DNA of 64,000 nt, from positions 32,001-96,000 of the forward strand of contig JBCCWC010000010.1 of NCBI GenBank assembly GCA_039194325.1, in the 5' to 3' direction. The position numbers and the translations under genes are program-made. Shown in pieces: positions 9,462-19,296 of the stretch. The notes under the pieces are model-generated. The model saw only the letters and a list, made by a program, of their open reading frames with translations. It was not told the DNA's origin and searched no databases. Source of the stretch: Myxococcota bacterium (GTDB taxonomy: Bacteria; Myxococcota_A; Polyangia; Nannocystales; Nannocystaceae). Each line of letters starts with the position of its first letter. Positions within the stretch are counted from its first letter, which is position 1.

Positions 9462-10970
9462 GTGCCGGCCACGGACGATCGCTGGGACGTGTTGGTTGTC
9501 GGAGTGCGTGATCCGTCCCACGCCAATGCGGTGATGGTGGTCGCCGAGCTCGCCCACTATGCAAGCCTGCCACCTTCCGACGTGCAGCGCATGCTCGACG
9601 AGGGGGAGCTGCCCGTGCTCTCCAACCTCGACCGGGCCGAGGCGGAGCGTGCAGCCTACGAGCTCAACGAGCTGGGGGCGGTGGTCGATCTGCAGCTGAC
9701 CGATGCGGGCAGCGGGGTCTTTCCCGTGCTCAAGCCCGACGCCGACCGGCAGGTCGGGGTGGCGGTGGGGGGGCTCATCGACGACTCGGCGACTCCGCCT
9801 ACGGTGGGTGAGTCGTTCGGCGGTCTTCCCGAGGTCGAGCCCGACCTGGAGATCCCGGCGGCGCCGCGGTCCCGACCTACGCCGTCGCGCAACGATGGGT
9901 TGAGCGTGACCCTCGGCAGCGAAGTGCACCGTATGCCCACCGGCAATCACCGGCCGGTGGTCACGCGGGGACAAGGGCCCGAGCCGATCGAAGCTTCACC
10001 CTATGTAGAGCCGGCCCCGCGCCACGAGCTGCTCACCGACCATGGCCCGCCTGGGCTGGGAGAGGAGCCGATCCTGTCCCCCTCGCTCGGCGAGCGTCGG
10101 CCCGGTGAGTATGGGCTCCACAACGCCGATGTTCCGCATGCGGGTCGAGGAGCACCGCGTTCGTCCGCAGGAGCTCCCTACGAGCGCGGCGCAGGCCCGC
10201 ACGCTCCCAGTGGCCCTGGTGGTCGTCACTCGCCGGCGACGCCGAGTCATCCTCGGGCTCAGGCCCAAGCCCAAGCCCAAGCCCACGCCAAGCCTCGGGC
10301 CCAGCCCCAGGCCAGATCCAAGAAGAAGAGTCGACCCAAAATGGACGGGCTATTGGGTGAGGTCGGGCCTAGCGCGGTGCCCGAGTCACCCAAGTTGCCG
10401 CGGCGGCTCGAGCGAGCCACTGCGGCGGCCGAGCAATCGGAGGCGTCGCTGGAGCTGGATTTCGAAGCCGCGGGCATCGAGCGACCGCCCCCTCGCTTCT
10501 CTTCGCCCTCGGCCTCGTCTGCGGTGCCAGGCCCCATGCACCAGGCCGACCACAGCGCGGGCTCTATGCCACGCCGCACTCGGGCCGCCGGCATCGGGGG
10601 CTCCGGAGCATCCGCCGGCGGCTATTCCGGCCAGGACAGTCAGGACATGGGCGGGGTGGTCGACGCACTGCGCAACGACGGCGTGGCTGCGCTGATCCTC
10701 GGCTTGGGGGTGGGGCTCGTCCTCAGCATGGTGCTGGCGATCCAGCTGCAGCGTACCGACGTGCGCGACAAGATCCCTCCCCTTGAGGAAGAGCTGGCCG
10801 CGTCGCTCAGCGATCCGGCCGGGGTCGAGGCCGGAGACCGGCGTGAGGTTGATGTGGTGGAGGGCGAGCTCCACGAGGCCCTCGACGAGATCGAGCGCAA
10901 ATTCTTGCTGCTGTGGCTGGGGGTCGGGCTGCCGGTGGGGGTGCTGCTGTCGCGACTGCGGACGCTGTGA
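9462..10970 (+). CDS. Membrane protein: N-terminal L7/L12-CTD-like domain, long Pro/Ala-rich linker, two C-terminal TM helices
   Basis: PVLSNLDRAEAERAAYELNELGAVV resembles the L7/L12 C-terminal fold. Start uncertain; ORF is open from 9417. Confidence 0.6.
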   Translation: MPATDDRWDVLVVGVRDPSHANAVMVVAELAHYASLPPSDVQRMLDEGELPVLSNLDRAEAERAAYELNELGAVVDLQLTDAGSGVFPVLKPDADRQVGVAVGGLIDDSATPPTVGESFGGLPEVEPDLEIPAAPRSRPTPSRNDGLSVTLGSEVHRMPTGNHRPVVTRGQGPEPIEASPYVEPAPRHELLTDHGPPGLGEEPILSPSLGERRPGEYGLHNADVPHAGRGAPRSSAGAPYERGAGPHAPSGPGGRHSPATPSHPRAQAQAQAQAHAKPRAQPQARSKKKSRPKMDGLLGEVGPSAVPESPKLPRRLERATAAAEQSEASLELDFEAAGIERPPPRFSSPSASSAVPGPMHQADHSAGSMPRRTRAAGIGGSGASAGGYSGQDSQDMGGVVDALRNDGVAALILGLGVGLVLSMVLAIQLQRTDVRDKIPPLEEELAASLSDPAGVEAGDRREVDVVEGELHEALDEIERKFLLLWLGVGLPVGVLLSRLRTL

Positions 10971-11081
10971 GGCGGCGGTCTGCTCGAACGAGCATCGAGG
11001 CGCTCGGCTCTCGCCGGCGCCTCGGTGGATCATGCCGACTTCGACCGGGTCGAAGTCGGCATGGGGTCGGTCATGTGGACG

Positions 11082-12149
11082 CTACGGCGCGCCGACCCCC
11101 GGCAGGATGTCGGCCTCGCCGTTGTCCTCGGAGAGGTTGGGGTAGCCGTAGTCTTCCACCGTGCCGGTGATGTCGATGTCGAAGCCGCTCTCGGTGTTGG
11201 CGACCGAGGAGTTGGCCCACATCTCCACCAAGGCGATCAGCGAGCCGTCGTTGTCGACGATACGGACGCCGTCGTCACCGTTGCCCGCGAAGGTGCTCAG
11301 CGAGATCTTGAGGATCTCCGCGACCATGTCGTTCGTGCGGAAGTACAGGCCGTCGTCCAGGTTATCGATGGCGATGACGCGATCCACCAGCAGGGCGCCC
11401 ACCTCGTCTAGATCGAGCCCGTAGTCGTCGTTGCCCGAGAAGTTGTTGTTGATGACGTCTGCGGCGTCGAGGTCGTCGAACTCGAGCCCAGAGCCGCCGT
11501 TGGCGAAGGCCATGCAGTTCTCCACCAGGGCATACGCCGTGTCCCCCAGGTCGATGCCGTCGTTGCCGTTGCCCGAGGCCTCGCAGTCCGTGACGGTGAC
11601 CGAGTCGGAGTCGTTGATGTTCAGGCCGTCGCTGTCGTTGTCGTTGAACGAGCCGCCTTCGATGATCACATCGGGGATGTCGTCGGCCTCGACCCCTTCG
11701 TCCTCGGTGTCGCTGATGTTGACGTACTGGAGGTGCAGCCGGGGCGTTTGGCCGTAGTCGTTCTCCGCGTCGACGCCGTCGTCTCCGCCGACCAGCGCGA
11801 GGTTGAACAGCTTGACGTCACCCGAGATGATGTAGACGACGTCCGATAGGCTATCGCTCGCCGTGATCGTCGGCTGGCCTTCGCCGATCCCAGCGATCTC
11901 CAAGCCCGAGTCGTCCATGATCGTCAGGCTCTCGGTGTACTCGCCCGACCACACGGCCACGGTGTCGTCGCCGGGGTTAGCCCAGGCCGCGTCGATCGCC
12001 GCCTGGATCGTGGCCATGGGTGCGCCTCCGCTGCCGTCATTCGCGTCGTCGCCGTTGGTACCGTCTACATAGAACGTCGCCGCCGAAGCGCTCAGCGGAG
12101 CCGCCATGATGCAACCAACAACCAATGCCTGAATTTTCACGTTGCTCAT
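11082..12149 (-). CDS. Secreted right-handed parallel beta-helix protein
   Basis: Signal peptide; FYVDGTNGDDANDGS..PMATIQAAID; repeated NxxDG[L/I] turns. Confidence 0.8.
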   Translation of the reverse strand: MSNVKIQALVVGCIMAAPLSASAATFYVDGTNGDDANDGSGGAPMATIQAAIDAAWANPGDDTVAVWSGEYTESLTIMDDSGLEIAGIGEGQPTITASDSLSDVVYIISGDVKLFNLALVGGDDGVDAENDYGQTPRLHLQYVNISDTEDEGVEADDIPDVIIEGGSFNDNDSDGLNINDSDSVTVTDCEASGNGNDGIDLGDTAYALVENCMAFANGGSGLEFDDLDAADVINNNFSGNDDYGLDLDEVGALLVDRVIAIDNLDDGLYFRTNDMVAEILKISLSTFAGNGDDGVRIVDNDGSLIALVEMWANSSVANTESGFDIDITGTVEDYGYPNLSEDNGEADILPGVGAP

Positions 12150-12460
12150 CCTTGAGTTCTCTTTTCTGCGCCCCGACCAGTGCATCCTGCTCTGGTTCAT
12201 CGAGGGCAGTGGGGTTCGTAAGGGAGCCCACCGGTGATGTCAACTGTGCAAGCGCTTAAAAGTCAGACTCGCGTCATCCGAGGGTTCACCCGACTTGGCG
12301 TGGATGAGCGCCAAGTCGCATGACAACGCCTTGGATCGGTCGATGCGCATGAGTTCGTGAGATCGATCCGCTAGTGCCGTCGACCATCGATCGCCAACCT
12401 GCGCAGCCGACACAGCGCGGATCTGCTCGGCCACTCGTAGCGTGAACTGGGCATGTCCGG

Positions 12461-12820
12461 TCAATGTGACGGAGCCATACCCACGCCGCTGAGCATCGAG
12501 CCGAGCTTGGGCCGCTTGGGCGCGGCGACGATCGCCTCCGATCCACCGCCGAGATCCTCAGCCTCCATGACCAGCACCGTGGCATTTTGGGGCACGGGGA
12601 CCGTGGTGTCTTGGGTCGCTTCGGGCGAGTTGTCTTCGAAGGAACCCGGCTCCTCCGAGCTGATCTCGGATACCGGATCGGCCACCGCGACGGAGGGTCG
12701 AGTGTGCGAGCCATCGGCGGTTCCATCGGACGTCGCCGGTCCACTCGGAGCACGGGTGTGGGCGCATCCCACGATGGAGCCAGCGAGGAGGGCGAGCAGG
12801 GTTACGGTGGACCTGGGCAT
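12461..12820 (-). CDS. Small lipoprotein, hypothetical
   Basis: Lipobox-like LLAGSIVGC. Confidence 0.5.
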   Translation of the reverse strand: MPRSTVTLLALLAGSIVGCAHTRAPSGPATSDGTADGSHTRPSVAVADPVSEISSEEPGSFEDNSPEATQDTTVPVPQNATVLVMEAEDLGGGSEAIVAAPKRPKLGSMLSGVGMAPSH

Positions 12821-13014
12821 GACCCGGTCCTTGGCCGGTCAATGGCGATCCCGTGATCGAGGCTGGGAGAAATTTCGCCCGCGCAATGCAACCGGTTCGA
12901 TTCACCGGGGTCGACACCGCGACGGGACGGATTGTTTCTGCCAGTCCGTCGAAACCTCGGCCGATCTCAGGCGTCGAGCAATACGTCCCCCCATCGCCGA
13001 GTAGACAAAACCAG

Positions 13015-14199
13015 ATGATCCGTCGTCGACTCCTCGTGGGTATCCTGGGCTGTGCGTGCCTGGGTGCCTGTGCCTCGCTGCCCGCCTCTTCCGCCCGTCG
13101 GGCGGCCCCCGGAGGTGACTCGCGGGCGGGCACGGGGCAGGCGGAGCAGGCGACGACCTCGCTCGGGGTGAACCCTGGATCGATCACCCTGGAGGTCAAG
13201 CCGGTCGGCGATTCGGGCGCACTGGCGCGGATCACGGGCCACTGCGATCTCGATGGCGTGATCGCGGCGCATGGCTCGAGCGAGCTGGCCAAGGGTGCGT
13301 GCGACCGCGACTTGGAGGTCGAGCAGGATCTGGCCGAGGGCCTGAAGATCTCCGGGGCGTCCGTCCTCCACAACGAAGCGCGGGTGCAGCACCTGAGCGG
13401 CAACACCGAGCGCGCACGCCAGGACTACCAGGAGGCGATCCGCCAGGACACCGAGGGCCGCTCACCCAGCGCGGTCTCGAAACTCGCCCGGGTCAACCTC
13501 GGCTTGCTGCACCATGAGCAAGGCGATCAGGCGGCCGCCGAGCAGCACCTACAATGGGTGCTCGGGCACGCGACCGATCCCGCCGTGCGCGGGGCGGCCT
13601 ATCACAACCTCTCCCTGGTGCTGCTCGAGCTCGATCAGACCGACGCGGCGCTCGACGCCGCCCAACAGGGCCATGCCCTGCTGCTTCAGACCCTCGGTGA
13701 CACGCACGGCTCGGTGGGCGCGGCCCTCAACGCACTCGGGGTGATCCACGCCGAGCGAGGCGAGCTCGACGAGGCGGTCGAGGCCCTCGAGGCGGCGGTC
13801 GAGGTTCGAGCGGCGGCGCTGGGGCAGACGCATCCGGCCACCGCGGCCAGCTATACCAACCTGGGGGTGGCCCTGGGTCGGCGCGGCGACTGGGACGCGG
13901 CGCTGCACGCCCATCGCGAAGCGCTGGCGATCGACCAAGAGGTCCTGGGCCCGGACCATGCCACGACCGCGGCCGACCACGGCCACCTGGGCGCGACCCT
14001 GATGGAGCTGGGCCGGCCTCATGATGCGCGGCCACGCTTCGAGCGGGCGCTCGCCATCCTCACGCCGGTGCGTCCGGACGACGATCCCGAGGTAGAGCAG
14101 CTGCGCGGGTGGCTCGTTGTCTGCGACGAGGCCGAGGCGCTCGCCCGGGCCAAGCCCACCGATCGTGCGCGGCCCGACCGGGCTGGGCCTATCCATTGA
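13015..14199 (+). CDS. TPR-repeat lipoprotein
   Basis: MIRRRLLVGILGCACLGAC signal; TPRs ALNALGVIHAERGELDEA and HPATAASYTNLG. Confidence 0.8.
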   Translation: MIRRRLLVGILGCACLGACASLPASSARRAAPGGDSRAGTGQAEQATTSLGVNPGSITLEVKPVGDSGALARITGHCDLDGVIAAHGSSELAKGACDRDLEVEQDLAEGLKISGASVLHNEARVQHLSGNTERARQDYQEAIRQDTEGRSPSAVSKLARVNLGLLHHEQGDQAAAEQHLQWVLGHATDPAVRGAAYHNLSLVLLELDQTDAALDAAQQGHALLLQTLGDTHGSVGAALNALGVIHAERGELDEAVEALEAAVEVRAAALGQTHPATAASYTNLGVALGRRGDWDAALHAHREALAIDQEVLGPDHATTAADHGHLGATLMELGRPHDARPRFERALAILTPVRPDDDPEVEQLRGWLVVCDEAEALARAKPTDRARPDRAGPIH

Positions 14200-14215
14200 C
14201 GCGCTCGCCCGGCCG

Positions 14216-15124
14216 TCACGCGGGCAACGCACAGTAGCCGATCTGTTCGAGACCCCGCGGTGCGCTGCCCTCCTCGTAGTAGGGGGTGCAGACCTGCCCC
14301 GGCAAGCATGGCGGCATGGGGTCGCCGAGCTCGCAAAAGGGGCTACAACAACCGAGTGCCCCGGGGCAATCGGGGACCGAGTCGGCGGACGCGCAGAAGG
14401 TCCCCGGATCGCAGACGTTGATGAACTCGCACGGGTCCCCCGCGGCGCCCATGTCTCCCGAGGCATCGGGCGCGCACGTGAACTCATCCAACCGCGGATA
14501 GCAGGCAAAACCTTCGCTGCAGTCCTGGGCGACGGGGTGGCAGCGGGGTATGCAAAAGATCGGACCGTCGCTGGTGATGTGGCAGGTACTGTTCGGATCC
14601 TCGCAGTGGGGGTTGCTCGGGTCGCCCGTGCACAGCGCGAGGCAGGTCCCCTCGAGCGTTTCGGAGTTCACGTACCAACACACCGCTCCGAGCTCGCAGT
14701 CGTCGATCCCGTGGAGGCCGTTGCTCTCGACCATGCAGGGTTCGCCCGGAGCTCCCGGGTCCTGGGCGATCGGTACGCAGCGCGTTGCGTTCCAGGAGGT
14801 GCCTCCGTCGTTGGCCCAGGGGGCGCACTTCTCTCCATCGGGGCAGTCTTGTGCAAAAATGTCACACTCGAAGTTCCCTCCGATGTCGTACTCGGGGATG
14901 AAGAGCTCGCCGTCGTCGGACGACTGGGTCGTGACGTCACCGGAGGGCAAGGTCGTGGTGCCAGGGAGCGGCGGTGCGGTGGGGTCCGGGGTCACCGTCA
15001 TGCCAGCGGTCGTGGTCTGCCCCCCGTCATTGTCACTCCCGCCGTCCTGTACGACCGTGGGGCCGCAGCCGATGGCCAGGACTACTCCGAGAGTCACTAA
15101 CCGGCGTTTTGTAAGGGCCAACAC
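14216..15124 (-). CDS. Myxobacterial cysteine-rich lipoprotein (paralog of 60787-61749)
   Basis: Lipobox LAIGC; CDIFAQDCPDGEKCAPWANDGG motif; very Cys-rich. Confidence 0.8.
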   Translation of the reverse strand: MLALTKRRLVTLGVVLAIGCGPTVVQDGGSDNDGGQTTTAGMTVTPDPTAPPLPGTTTLPSGDVTTQSSDDGELFIPEYDIGGNFECDIFAQDCPDGEKCAPWANDGGTSWNATRCVPIAQDPGAPGEPCMVESNGLHGIDDCELGAVCWYVNSETLEGTCLALCTGDPSNPHCEDPNSTCHITSDGPIFCIPRCHPVAQDCSEGFACYPRLDEFTCAPDASGDMGAAGDPCEFINVCDPGTFCASADSVPDCPGALGCCSPFCELGDPMPPCLPGQVCTPYYEEGSAPRGLEQIGYCALPA

Positions 15125-15198
15125 CCAACGAAGCTATCATAAGTTCTAATCATAAAAGTTAGTTTTACTGGCTGGGTTGAATGACCGCGCGAATTCGC

Positions 15199-16152
15199 TC
15201 AGTCGGCGGTGATCACGTCGAATTTCTCCGCATAGGGAAAGTCCGAGCCGAGCCGCTGGAGCTCGCTCATGATGTGCTGGTCGATCCTTGCTTGCTGCTG
15301 GCGGTCGAGCAGATCGCCCGAGCCGCCGACCTTGCCGGCGCGGACCATCGTGGCGCGCTTGGGGGTGAACAGCATCTGCGGGGGAGCGAACCGGCGCTCG
15401 TTGTGCTTCATGTAGGAGAACGAGCAGCGCTCGATCACTCGGGCCCGCTCGGCCGTGGTGAGCGACACCTTCATCGCCTCGGCTACCAGGTCCACGGTGC
15501 CGGGCAGATCCTCCTTGATTTCGGGGAAGCACAGCACGCGCACGTTGGGGCGGTCGCGCCAGGCCCAGAAGCCCGCGGTGTGCACGGCCCACTGCCCCGC
15601 GGGGAAGTCGGGGGTCATGAACAGATCGAGCCATTGGTCGAGCGAGATATCGTCGAAAAGGTTGAAGATGCCGAAGATGAAGTGATAGCCGGAGACGAAG
15701 ACGTCCTTGGGATCGCGGATCACCGAGATATACGTGGCGTGCTCGCTATAGGGCACGAAGTCCGCCTCCATGGCGGTCTTGATGGCGCGCCGGCCCGCGG
15801 CGCTTTGCTGCCAGGGCCCCGGGTCGCGAAGCGGCGTGATCCCCCAAAAGTGGGCCTCGGGCCAGGCCGCCAGCTGGTGGATGTGCTCGAATTCCGCCTC
15901 GCCGCGCCATGCGATCTGGGTGGTCATCTGCATCATCCAGTTGGTGCCCGACTTGGGAAAGGTGGCCACGAAGACATCGTGCTCGGCGGGCTCGTAGCCG
16001 CGAAACACCTTCGCCTTCTCTTTGTCGGCGTTCATGTGACCGAAGATCTTGCGCATGGCCGGCAGCGCCAGGCCGAGCCCGCGGGCGGCTCGCATCACGG
16101 TCGCGATGATGGTGTTGGCGGACCAAAGCGGTGGATCAGCGAGCGTGTGCAT
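15199..16152 (-). CDS. PAPS-dependent sulfotransferase
   Basis: 5'-PSB VATFPKSGTNW; 3'-PB RDPKDVFVS; C-terminal RAGKVG. Confidence 0.9.
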   Translation of the reverse strand: MHTLADPPLWSANTIIATVMRAARGLGLALPAMRKIFGHMNADKEKAKVFRGYEPAEHDVFVATFPKSGTNWMMQMTTQIAWRGEAEFEHIHQLAAWPEAHFWGITPLRDPGPWQQSAAGRRAIKTAMEADFVPYSEHATYISVIRDPKDVFVSGYHFIFGIFNLFDDISLDQWLDLFMTPDFPAGQWAVHTAGFWAWRDRPNVRVLCFPEIKEDLPGTVDLVAEAMKVSLTTAERARVIERCSFSYMKHNERRFAPPQMLFTPKRATMVRAGKVGGSGDLLDRQQQARIDQHIMSELQRLGSDFPYAEKFDVITAD

Positions 16153-16198
16153 GGAATGCCTCGGGGTTTCGTGGGGGCGGGCGCTGATGGGGTCGGCG

Positions 16199-16702
16199 CT
16201 ACTGTGGCGTCTTCGGTGGCTTCGGTCGCTCGTAGGTGTCGGGGTCGAGCCCTTCGGGCCAGGCGATCCCCGCCGCGTCCAGGAGCCGACGGGTGCGCTC
16301 GAACGCGGCGGCGAGGCTCTTGACCGGCCTGAAGTTGATCTGGGTTCGGGTGAGGGCCAGCACCATGATGACTACGGCTCGCATGAGCGGCTGGCCGATG
16401 ATGGTCGAGCCGCCGAGAAACCCGTCTCCGTTGCGTCCATGGAAGCGGTCGAGGGCGTGCGCCAGGGCGCGTCGTACCTCGGGGCTGGGCCGCTGGGCCT
16501 GGGTAAGGTCACCCATAAGCACGACCTTCGTGCCCTCTTGCTTGGCCCGGGCGGCCATTCGATCGAGCCAGTCGATGAAGCGCTCGACGGACGGCACGCT
16601 GGGGTTGCCAAACCAGGTCGGGATCAGCACCGGAAAGTGCTCGGCGCTCAGATACACCGTCACTCCCCGCAGCTCCACGATCTCAATGTCGGCTTCGGAC
16701 AC
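16199..16702 (-). CDS. Hypothetical protein (STAS/SEC14-like small ligand-binding fold)
   Basis: VVLMGDLTQAQRPSPEVRRALA..LMRAVVIMV pattern, common in myxobacteria; lies upstream of the sulfotransferase. Confidence 0.55.
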   Translation of the reverse strand: MSEADIEIVELRGVTVYLSAEHFPVLIPTWFGNPSVPSVERFIDWLDRMAARAKQEGTKVVLMGDLTQAQRPSPEVRRALAHALDRFHGRNGDGFLGGSTIIGQPLMRAVVIMVLALTRTQINFRPVKSLAAAFERTRRLLDAAGIAWPEGLDPDTYERPKPPKTPQ

Positions 16703-16845
16703 CTGCCCTAATAATAGCGATGTCGGGGAACCCCTGGGTGGGGCGATGTCGAGCCCTACGGGAACGGAGGGCGAAGCCGCTCGGCGAGTCGGTTCGCCGG
16801 CGTTGGCGGGTCCTCGTCGCTGGCCCCGAGGTGCCTTGGGTTATC

Positions 16846-16874
16846 TATGCCGACGCCGGCTCGGGATGCGCGAC
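16846..16874 (+). repeat. Dispersed repeat copy A (partial)
   Basis: TATGCCGACGCCGGCTCGGGATGCGCGAC matches 32335-32363 with one mismatch. Confidence 0.75.
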
Positions 16875-17011
16875 TGCGTCACGCCGTCGCCGAGGAGCAT
16901 GTCGCAGGCGAACTCCGTGCACGCAGTGAGCCCCGATAGGATTTGTGGCCCAAGCCCGGTGAGGTGCACGCGAAGGATTGATAATTGTCTCTTTCGAGAT
17001 AGAAAAAGGCT

Positions 17012-17635
17012 GTGGGGCGGACCGCCGGTACCAGGAATCCCGGCTACGAGGACAAGCGGCGCGCGCTCTGTGGAGCGGTAATCCCGCGGCTGCTCGAGTC
17101 GGGGTCGACGGCCAGCATGCGCGAGCTGGCGACCGCCGCGGAGGTCAGCGTGCCCACCTTGCGCCACTACTTTGGCGACCGCGAAGGGGTCGTAGTGGCG
17201 GCGATGGGCGAGTGGATGCGGCGCGGGCGGCCGTACCTGGAGGTCACTCGCCAAGCCACGCGCGACGGGCTGCGGCCGTCGTTGATGGCGATGATGGCCA
17301 CGCTGCTCGAAGGCTGGCGTCGCTTTGGTGTGGGGCGGATCTACGACACCGGCCTGGCGATGGGGCTGGGGCACGCGGTGATCGGGCCCTCGTATGTCGA
17401 TCACCTGCTCGAGCCGCTGCTGCAGGCGGTGGAGGGGCGACTGCAGCAGCATCGGGAGTGGGGCGAGCTTGGGGACTTCGATCTACGCTTTGCCGCGCTG
17501 AGCCTCGTCTCGCCCGTGGTGCTGGCGTTGCTGCACCAAGACGGGCTGGGGGGCAGCGGATGCCGCCCGCTCGACATGGAGGCGTTCGTCGGCGCGCACG
17601 TGGATGGCTTCGTGCGAGCGTATGGCTGCGGGTGA
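17012..17635 (+). CDS. TetR/AcrR-family transcriptional regulator
   Basis: HTH ASMRELATAAEVSVPTLRHYFGDREG; divergent from the sulfotransferase operon. Confidence 0.88.
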   Translation: MGRTAGTRNPGYEDKRRALCGAVIPRLLESGSTASMRELATAAEVSVPTLRHYFGDREGVVVAAMGEWMRRGRPYLEVTRQATRDGLRPSLMAMMATLLEGWRRFGVGRIYDTGLAMGLGHAVIGPSYVDHLLEPLLQAVEGRLQQHREWGELGDFDLRFAALSLVSPVVLALLHQDGLGGSGCRPLDMEAFVGAHVDGFVRAYGCG

Positions 17636-17646
17636 GGCGGGGCGCT

Positions 17647-19164
17647 CTACCGCAATCCAAAGCGACGGATCTTGCGCTTGAGCGTGTTGCGGTCGATCGC
17701 CAGGGCCCGGGCCGTTCCCGCGAGGGTGCCCTCGCGCTCCAGCGCTTCGTGGATCATGCGGCGCTCCAGCTCGCTCACCGCTTCGGCGAGGGTCAACGTT
17801 GGGCGGTGAGGATCGTCGAGCGACGGGCTCGATCGGGCTTTGGAGGGCTCGGGCTCGCCGCCTTTGTCTGTTCGTTTGGAGCTCGGCTCGGGGCGCAGCT
17901 CGGGGGACAGATCTTCCACCGTCACCTCGTGATCGCAAAATACCGTCCATCGCACGACTTCGGCGCGCAGCTGCCGGACGTTGCCGGGCCAGCGGTAGGC
18001 GTAGAGGCGCTGCCAGGCTGCTGCGGTGGGCCAGGGTCGGGGCCCTCCCACTTCGTCGAGGAAGAACGCGACCAGGCGCTCCAGGTCGCCCGTTCGCTCG
18101 CGAAGCGGGGGGACCGTCAACGTCGCGCCCGACAGTCGGTAGTAGAGATCTTCGCGAAACTCTCCCCGCTCGATCATGGCGTTCAGATCCCGATGGGTCG
18201 CCGCGATCACCCGCACGTCCACGTCGATCGGTCGCTCGCCGCCCACTCGCCGCAGGGTGCCTTCTTGCAGGACCCGCAGCAGGGTCACCTGGACCCGGGG
18301 GCTCATCTCGGCGACCTCGTCGAGGAACACAGTGCCCCCGTCGGCCTGCTCGAACAGCCCGCGCCGCCGACCCTGCGCCCCGGTGAATGCACCCTTCTCG
18401 TGCCCGAACAGCTCGCTGGCTAGCACGCCCTCGGCGAAGGCCCCGCAGTTCTCGGCCACGAAGGGGCCGCGGGCTCGGGCGCTGGCCTCGTGGAGGGCCC
18501 GGGCGGCCAGCTCCTTGCCGGTACCCGTCTCGCCGTGCACGAGCACGGGCACGTCGCTGCGCGCGATCCGGCTCAGCCGCCGCGACAGCTCGTTCATGGC
18601 CGGGCTGTCCCCCACCATCGAGCCCACCATGGAGCGATGCTCGGCGGCTCGCAGGCGGACGACCTCCTCTTGCAAGGCGCGGATCTGAGGGAAGCCGTCG
18701 ATGTCGAGGCGGACCTCCCGGATCGGCGAGGGGTGCACCGAGGGCACGAACGCCGGGGGGATCACCTGCAGCATGCGAGCGGGTAGCAAGCCGGCCTCCA
18801 CCATGATGACCCACAGCGTCTGCATCTGCGGAGTGCCAGCCGACAGACACACGTCGAGCGGCGCCGGGGGCAGCCCGTCGGTCACCCCATGGAGTGAGCG
18901 GAAGATCTGCCCGTGATCGGTCGGATCGGCGATCGGCAAGATCTGAAGATCAGCGGACAGGCCCTGGCGGTGTAGCGTGGAGACAAGCTCGCGCGCAGGC
19001 GGCTCGCCGATCGGGGAGGTCAGCACGCGAACGTGTCGGTACTCGACCTCGGAGTTGTGCAAGAGGCGTAGGATCGGGCCTCGGTCCGGTGAGCCGTGAC
19101 GGATCGTCGGCGCGCCTCGCGAGGTGATCGTGCGATCGGACCAGGTCAGCAAGCATCGCGGCAT
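17647..19164 (-). CDS. rtcR: RtcR-like sigma54-dependent activator with CARF-type N-terminal domain
   Basis: N-terminal DPTDH..LDVCLSAGTPQMQTLW (RtcR/CARF-like); GETGTGKE, GAFTGA, FLDEV, REDLYYRL, WPGNVRQL; Fis-type HTH; divergent from rtcB. Confidence 0.85.
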   Translation of the reverse strand: MPRCLLTWSDRTITSRGAPTIRHGSPDRGPILRLLHNSEVEYRHVRVLTSPIGEPPARELVSTLHRQGLSADLQILPIADPTDHGQIFRSLHGVTDGLPPAPLDVCLSAGTPQMQTLWVIMVEAGLLPARMLQVIPPAFVPSVHPSPIREVRLDIDGFPQIRALQEEVVRLRAAEHRSMVGSMVGDSPAMNELSRRLSRIARSDVPVLVHGETGTGKELAARALHEASARARGPFVAENCGAFAEGVLASELFGHEKGAFTGAQGRRRGLFEQADGGTVFLDEVAEMSPRVQVTLLRVLQEGTLRRVGGERPIDVDVRVIAATHRDLNAMIERGEFREDLYYRLSGATLTVPPLRERTGDLERLVAFFLDEVGGPRPWPTAAAWQRLYAYRWPGNVRQLRAEVVRWTVFCDHEVTVEDLSPELRPEPSSKRTDKGGEPEPSKARSSPSLDDPHRPTLTLAEAVSELERRMIHEALEREGTLAGTARALAIDRNTLKRKIRRFGLR

Positions 19165-19182
19165 AGGGGCGGCATGGTGAGA

Positions 19183-19247
19183 GGTGCACCAGTGATGATG
19201 CATCATTCATCATCTGGAGATGGTGCATTGTTCACCATTTGGTGGAA
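19183..19247. promoter_or_regulatory. Palindromic candidate activator-binding sites between rtcR and rtcB
   Basis: GGTGCACC (19183-90); perfect ATGATGCATCAT (19195-206); imperfect TTCACCATTTGGTGGAA (19231-47). Confidence 0.45.
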
Positions 19248-19265
19248 AAGTTCAATGATTCTCGA

Positions 19266-19281
19266 TGGCACGAGTCCTGCT
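19266..19281 (+). promoter_or_regulatory. Sigma54 (-24/-12) promoter of the rtcB-prfH operon
   Basis: TGGCACGAGTCCTGCT against consensus TGGCAC-N5-TTGC[A/T]; correct GG-N10-GC spacing, just upstream of ATG 19297. Confidence 0.85.
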
Positions 19282-19296
19282 CTGGGGGCGGGCATC

